This document shows, in pieces, positions 57,863-64,000 of a stretch of 64,000 nucleotides of DNA. The notes beneath the pieces are model-generated. The model did not search any database and was not told where the DNA came from. It was given only the letters and a program-made list of their open reading frames with translations. The translations under genes were made by a program, and so were the position numbers. Position 1 is the stretch's first letter, and each line of letters begins with the position of its first letter. Origin of the DNA: Lama guanicoe (lineage: Eukaryota); NCBI GenBank assembly GCA_013239625.1, contig MU054098.1:1923104-1987103 (forward strand), given 5' to 3'.

Positions 57863-59933
57863 ATAGATAGAGCACAGCCACTGACCACTCAGAAAGCACG
57901 TCAGCTTTCACAGCTGATACTGCCATGCTGGTTTAACCAGCTCAAAAGCAGCCTCAGGGACGATTTCAGCTTCCAGCCCTCTCCAACAGCAAACTTATCT
58001 ACATCTCCACTCGGCTCACCATGTGCCTTCAGTCTCTGAGGATAAGGCATTCTTCTTCCAGATCAATATCAATCCCACCCTCTCCACTTCGGCTCTGGAC
58101 TTCACCCTTATGTCCCCAGGCACTTTGATCCACCCATGAAATCTCCTCTTTTCCTTATCTGCAACCTCTCCTCTACTCTCCTGCTCAGTTCCCCCTCCGT
58201 ATGTAATTAATGGGCTCAAGCTGCAGATTCTTTTTCTTTTTTCTTTTTTTTTTTTTTACAAACTAGGGCACAGGTGGGAAAGAAGCTAGGATTCAGAAAC
58301 TATCAGAACAAAGAGAGTGCCCTAATGCAGAGTCTCAGTGATTGGAATTTGGAATGGAGAAGGCTTAGACTGGTCATTTGGGGTGCTTCCTACCTCAAGC
58401 ATCATTTGCTCTGGAAACTGGGACAGGGCTGAGTTCTTGAGGGTAGATCAACAGGTCCAGCTGTGGGGTTGCCAGGACTAACAGAGGCAGAAACAGGAAG
58501 GCTTAGGAGGGCATGACCGATAATAACAGTTGTCTTCAGATATTTGAAGGGTTGTCAAATGAAAAGGAAACTTTACATTATGTGGCCCCAGGGCTAGGAC
58601 TGCGAGCAAGGGCTGGAATCAAAAGGGGTATAAGGTGAGGAAGAGCTTTCTATCAGAACTATCTTGAAAACAAAATGAAATGAGCTGCTTAGAGGACAAT
58701 TAGACCTTCCTGATTAGAGCACAACAGTCCAGAAGCCAAATGATCACTAACAGGCATTCATCAAACCGCATTATAATTATTTAGTCACAACACTCCTTCA
58801 GGGCAGGGACACATACGATTTATTTTTGTATTCTCAGCATCGGGCCCAGTGCCTGGTTCAATGCCTGTTCTATAGTAGGTGCTCAATTAGTGTTAGTTAG
58901 TCATGATAAAAAATAATGGTAAGTTCTCAGTAAATGTTTCATAAAATAAATGTGTTAAAATAAGCACCATAAGAATGAGAGGACAAAATGATCTTTCCTA
59001 AAATGATATTCTGGTGGTTGTCATAAAGACAATATAAAATAATATATGTGAGAGCACTTTGCAAACTGTAAAGTGTTATACCAGCATTTAAGTATTTTCA
59101 GTGAGTTCATCCTCTTGGCCCAGCTGTATGCTAAGCCTTATGAGCAATTCAATAGTACACAAACCTAGGTCTCTGACTTTGAGAAATTCACAATTCAAGG
59201 AGACCAAATAAATATACATGAAACAACAGGGAAAAAACTTCAGTTCTGAATTGTGTGGTGCTGTCTATATAACAGCACTTCTGGTGTGCAGGGGGCCAGT
59301 GGCCCTGTTAATTTATAAGTCACTGCTGACATTCATTAAGACTTCAGTATTGATTCCAATAGTAACTGGGTTTGTGATCTTGGGCACTGTCATAGCTCAT
59401 CTGTATTTGTTTCCTCATCTGTCAAATGGGAATAATTCGTGACTTACTTTGATCAAATGGGGAAACGTACTAGAAGGTACTTAGTCAAAGCAAACCACAC
59501 TCTACAAATACAATAATGATCATCATTATACAAGCATTTCATGTCTCTGCTCTTGTGATACGTAGCTAATATTCAGTTTTCTTCCTTATGCTGGTAACTG
59601 ATACTCAATTTATCCGACTTCCCCTTCTCCTTGGAGGGAGGATAATCGAGTCTTAGAGACTGTAGATGTACTGGCTGGGGTACCTGTTAAAATGAGGGTT
59701 AAAGCAGACACCCTTTGGCAGAGTGTACACATCTCGCTGCTGGGGATGGCAACAGGGTAGGGGTGGGGATGGAGGGTGGGGGTTAGGGAGTACAGGCGGG
59801 CTGGCTTGGTGGCAGTTGAGTTTGGGCTCTCTCCTGTGCCTGACAGGTGTTTCTCTTTCCTGGTTGAGCCTTTCCAGAAAGGGCTTGCAGGCTGGCCTAG
59901 GTGTCTGTTCTCAGTTTTCCTACGCTGCCTTCT

Positions 59934-60331
59934 TGCTATGGACTGAATTCTATCTCCCCATCCCCAAATTTATATGTCAAAACCCTAGCCCCAAATATGA
60001 CTGGATTTGGCAATAGGGCTTTTAGAAAGTAATTAAGGTTGAATGTGGTCAGAAGAATGGGATCCTAATCAGATAAAATTTGTGGCTTTATTAAAAGAGG
60101 AAGAGAGAGAGAAAAACGTCTCTTTCCATGGGCAAGCACTGAGGAAAGGCCATGTGAGCACACCGTGAGAAGGGGGCTGTCTGCAAGCCAGGAAGAGAGG
60201 CCTCACCGGAAACTAAACCCTGCTGACTCTTGCTCTTGGACTTCCCAGCCTCCAGAACTTTGAGAAAATAAATGTCCGTTGTCTGAGCCCCCCAGTCTAT
60301 GGCATTAGCTATGACAGCCCATGCTAAGACA
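59934..60331 (+). mobile_element. MLT1A-type (ERVL-MaLR) solo LTR
   Basis: TGctatggactgaat...gaggaaaggccatgtgagcac...ctgcaagccaggaagagaggcctcacc...ggacttcccagcctccagaactttgagaaaataaatg...ctaagaCA; full TG...CA LTR. Confidence 0.9.
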
Positions 60332-62009
60332 CTTGCCAGCACACTTCAGGCACATGTAGATGTGCACACAATGGCCACGGAGGAAAGGGCTACAAATCAA
60401 GATGAAACTCCACCCTGATCTGAGGCCCCTAAACACAGGGAGCAGTGGTAGCTGGTGTGGGAATGAGTGGTATCTGCCTCCCTAGACAAGGAGCACTGCA
60501 ACTGTTTTCCAGCAGGGGGTCGTTTGTGTTTTAAACTAAAGGCACATTTCTGAGCAAATCCCCGAGTCCTTCTGTGGTAAGTCTGGCTCGACTGAGCCAT
60601 GAGAAGCTGAGATGCTGAAGCGAGGAACAGCCTGTTTCTTTTTTTAGTGGTCAAGTTCTGCAGAGGCCCTCTGCAGCAGATGGATTATTTCTGTACCTTC
60701 TTCTGCTATGCTTTTTTCCCCCCGTTTTTTTAGAACTAGAAAAATTAGAAATTGAAGATGATTTAGAAATTACACGATTTTCCTTTTTCTTTCATTTTAA
60801 AAGAAAATGAAATTGCTGCTTCTGCTTCTGTTCTCCATTTAAGAGATCTGTTTATTTCCAGGCATCCGAAAGAACAGTGGCTCCTTCAGACTATCACTTT
60901 AGCAATCAGTGCATCAAGATGGAATGAAAAACCACAGGTTTGGGGACTGCTTCCTGCACAGGCTGCACCAAGCTTGCTTCAACAAGCTGCCCAGGAAAAC
61001 ATTTGGTTTCCAGATGCTTTGCATGACAGGGCCCTTGTTTTCTCTCATGGTCCATGTGACCTGAGCTATGGATGCCTCTGGGATATGGTCAGAGCTACTA
61101 CAGACAGTTTTCCAAGTAAGTATGTAAAGGTTAGGACAACAGGTAGGTGCCATAGGCTAGGAAGGATTCAGTGACATCTACTGGCCAATCTTGACTATCT
61201 TTAAGGCACTGCTTTAGAGTAATTTGGGCAGATTTCTAAAAATGCAGGGTCCTGAACCTCTGTTCCCAGAGGATATGATTGAGTAGGTCTGTTATAGGAC
61301 CTGGGTATCTGGATATATAATAAAATCCCAACTTCTTCTGATGCACAGTCAGGATTGAAAACCCTTGCCATGGAGAGCCTCCAAAATTAAGAGGGGGACA
61401 TAACCACAAAAGCCAACCTCTGCTGTCCTCAGCTAGATCAGTTGCAGACCCACAGTCTATCACGATTTGAAAAAAGGCTGCTATTTCATGCTTATGCTTG
61501 ATCTGTAAGGCGAAATGGATGATCTGTCCTGTTTGCTTTCAGATGAAGGACTATGAGGTAGCACATAGAGCTAAATGGAATGGAATGTGCCATTTGCCTA
61601 TTGCTATGTAAGTGCCATTTATTAAATATTTAATAAGTCCCCAGAGTGGGCAGGAAGGAATTTTCCATTCTACTGTTTGGTCAGATAAATTGGTCTTACC
61701 TGCTGATGTTATAACAGCCCCAGAACTTCAACCAAATTTTTCATTCTTTTGTTTGTTTATTTATTCATGTTTTGATTCAGATGCACTCACTCATTCATTT
61801 ATTCATTCACTCATCAGACCATGTTTCAGAGATGGTGCTGGCTTTCGGTATATAATGAAATAGTGAAATCTCTGCCTTTAAGGACATGAATGATTTTTTT
61901 TTAAAGCAGAAGCTGTCTGGCACAGACGTTACCAAAACGAAGTTGCATATAGGGTGGACCATACACGTGGGCAGAAGAGGCAAGAGCCTCCAGGAAATAT
62001 GTTTGTTAT

Positions 62010-62812
62010 CATAACACAACAGTTATGTAGATACTGTTCTAAAAGTTTTACAGCTATTAACTCATTTTATCCTCAAAATAATCCTAAGAAATAGATACTA
62101 TCATTATCTCACTTTATATATAAAAAAACTGAGACACAGAAAGATTCAGTAACTTACCTAAGGTCATGCGGTTATCAAAAGGCAGAGCTAGGAGTCCAAG
62201 CCCTTTTCTTAACCACTTTTCTATATTCCCTTTCCTTTGATATATGGAATTTCCACCATTAGAGTCATTGTTTTTACTCACTATAACAATCAACAGTGGT
62301 AGTACTTATAAAACCTTAATGTGTATCAAGTTCTGTTAACCTAGATTGACATATATTGCCTATCTCATTGAACCTTTAGAATAACTATCTTCATTTTACA
62401 AAGAGGAAGCTGAGAATCAGAGAGGTTAATTCACTTAAGGTCACATAGCCAGTAGGTGGCAAAGTTTTGAGTTGAAACAAGTTCTATCTGAAGAGCCCAC
62501 ACTCCTAACTGCTACACCATACTCTCTTCCCCAAAATGGTGACATAATTAAGGCAATGTGACACCAAGAGGACTGTGGTTAAGAGCATACACTCTGGAGC
62601 CAGAATGCCTGGGTTTGAATCTCTACATCCTAGTAGCTGTTGTGACTGTGGTTTAGACCCATAGTGTTTTCATCTAGAAAACGAGGCTGCTGGTAGTACC
62701 TATCTCATGGGGCGGTTGTGAAGATTTCCTGGGTTAATATAAGAAAACACGTAGAAGAATGCCTGTCACATGGTCAACACTATATAAGTATTGGCTATTA
62801 CTAGTATTATTC
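62010..62812. mobile_element. Cluster of three MIR SINEs (two minus-strand at ~62010-62220 and ~62280-62525, one plus-strand at ~62570-62812)
   Basis: Core motifs aactgagacacagaaag..., cattttacaaagaggaagctgag..., and gtggttaagagcat...ctggagccagaatgcctgggtttgaatc. Confidence 0.7.
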
Positions 62813-62929
62813 TTTGACAAGGAGCAGCCACCAGCCATCTCAGTATGAACGTCTATCAGACGTTAGCTAGCTAGTCATCTAGCAAAGCGCTGACAAGCTA
62901 TGCTACAGGAATTATGGCGGGGGGTGCGG

Positions 62930-63800
62930 AGGTATTAGGAAGGGCATTCTAGACAAAGGCACACAGATTACAAATAGCATAATGTGTTTGGAGTTGAAGA
63001 ATGCAAGGTGGTCAAGACAACCAGGGCAGGATATATTTGAAGAAGTGTGTCCAAAGCAGAAGTCACATCAGATGGAATTTTACATGCCACACACAGGCAT
63101 TTAGACTTGACCTTCTGCAGAGTTATAGGTTTGAAAGCAGGAAAGGAACATGACCTGCTCTGCAATTTAGAAAAATAACTCTGGCAGCAGCCTGGTGGAT
63201 GGAGGGAAAGAGTAGACTTGAAGCAATTTGTTGCCAGAGTTGATTTTTTTTTCTTTTTCAATGAGTAATAATGAATGCCTGAACTAGGGGAAATGGTAGT
63301 GATGAGAATGGAGAGGAGGAATGGATTGCAGAGGTCATTAGGAGATGGCATTTGCAGGACATAGTGAGTGTTTGAATGTGGTGGGGGAGGTATGGAGGGA
63401 AAAATCTAAGAAAACTCCCAGGTTTCTGGCCTGAGTGTCTTGGAGAATACAGACACCATGTACTAAGAGTACACTGGAAGAGAAGAAGGTTTAAGGGGAG
63501 GGAGCGAGATCATTGATTTAGTTTGGGATGTTGAGTTTGAGGTGCCTCTGGGGTATCCAAGCTAAGGTGACCAGTAGACAGATGAATACATGGGTCTGAA
63601 GCTCAGGAGAGAGATCCAGACTGGAGATAAAGATTTTGGATTCATCAGCCATATGTTGTCTTTAAGATCACAAGAGTGGTTGAGACTGCATAAGAAGAGA
63701 GTATAAAGTATGAAGGCAAAAGGGGCAAGGAAAGAATTTTGGGTCACAGCAGCATGTAAAGGATGGGTACAAGAAGGAGGGTTAGTAATGGAGCTTGAGA
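62930..63800 (-). mobile_element. L2 LINE fragment
   Basis: tttagaaaaataactctggcagcag...ctcccaggtttctggcctgag...tgttgagtttgaggtgcctctggg...gctcaggagagagatccagactggagat. Confidence 0.8.
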
Positions 63801-64000
63801 TAAAACAGACTGAGAGAAAAAAAAAAGAGAGTCAAGAGAGAAAATTTTTGTTGGGAATTGGGGTGAAATTTTGCTCATATTTAGATAGTATTGGTCTATA
63901 GTACCTGGGGATGTTGAAAATTTTCACTGCCAATCAGTCCTTTCCCCTCATGTGATTCCCTAGGGCAAGATTTGCAAAGAACAGTAGCCAAATTGGGAGA

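Noticed and set aside
61576..61590. Tandem GGAATG (TEAD-like) motifs; similar CATTCC cluster at ~44735-44755
   Set aside because: Short motifs expected by chance in 64 kb; cannot be supported without ChIP or conservation data.
50400..64000. Second gene downstream of AMOT
   Set aside because: Dominated by L1, L2, MIR, LTR and DNA-transposon relics; the short ORFs have no recognisable products or consistent exon chain.

Overview
Mammalian genomic DNA containing most of the angiomotin (AMOT) gene on the + strand. It is probably from a camelid, judging by a Vic-1-like tRNA-derived SINE at ~17736. I can trace one probable 5' UTR exon (4091-4239) and eleven coding exons (ATG 6220 to TAA 46444) with phase-consistent GT-AG junctions, followed by a ~3.9 kb 3' UTR. 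The rest is intronic or intergenic sequence with L1, L2, MIR, MLT and hAT/Tigger relics. The most notable anomaly is in coding exon 10, where the reading frame breaks: a TAG at 45566-45568, with the Ala/Pro-rich domain continuing in another frame. This is most likely an assembly error, but it could be bypassed by a cryptic in-frame acceptor at 45565 or by skipping the symmetric exon. The second is a candidate alternative first coding exon inside intron 1 (10270-10394) that joins exon 2 in frame. I see no evidence for a wholly new biological system. Repeat subfamily names and human comparisons come from my memory of consensus sequences, not from a search.
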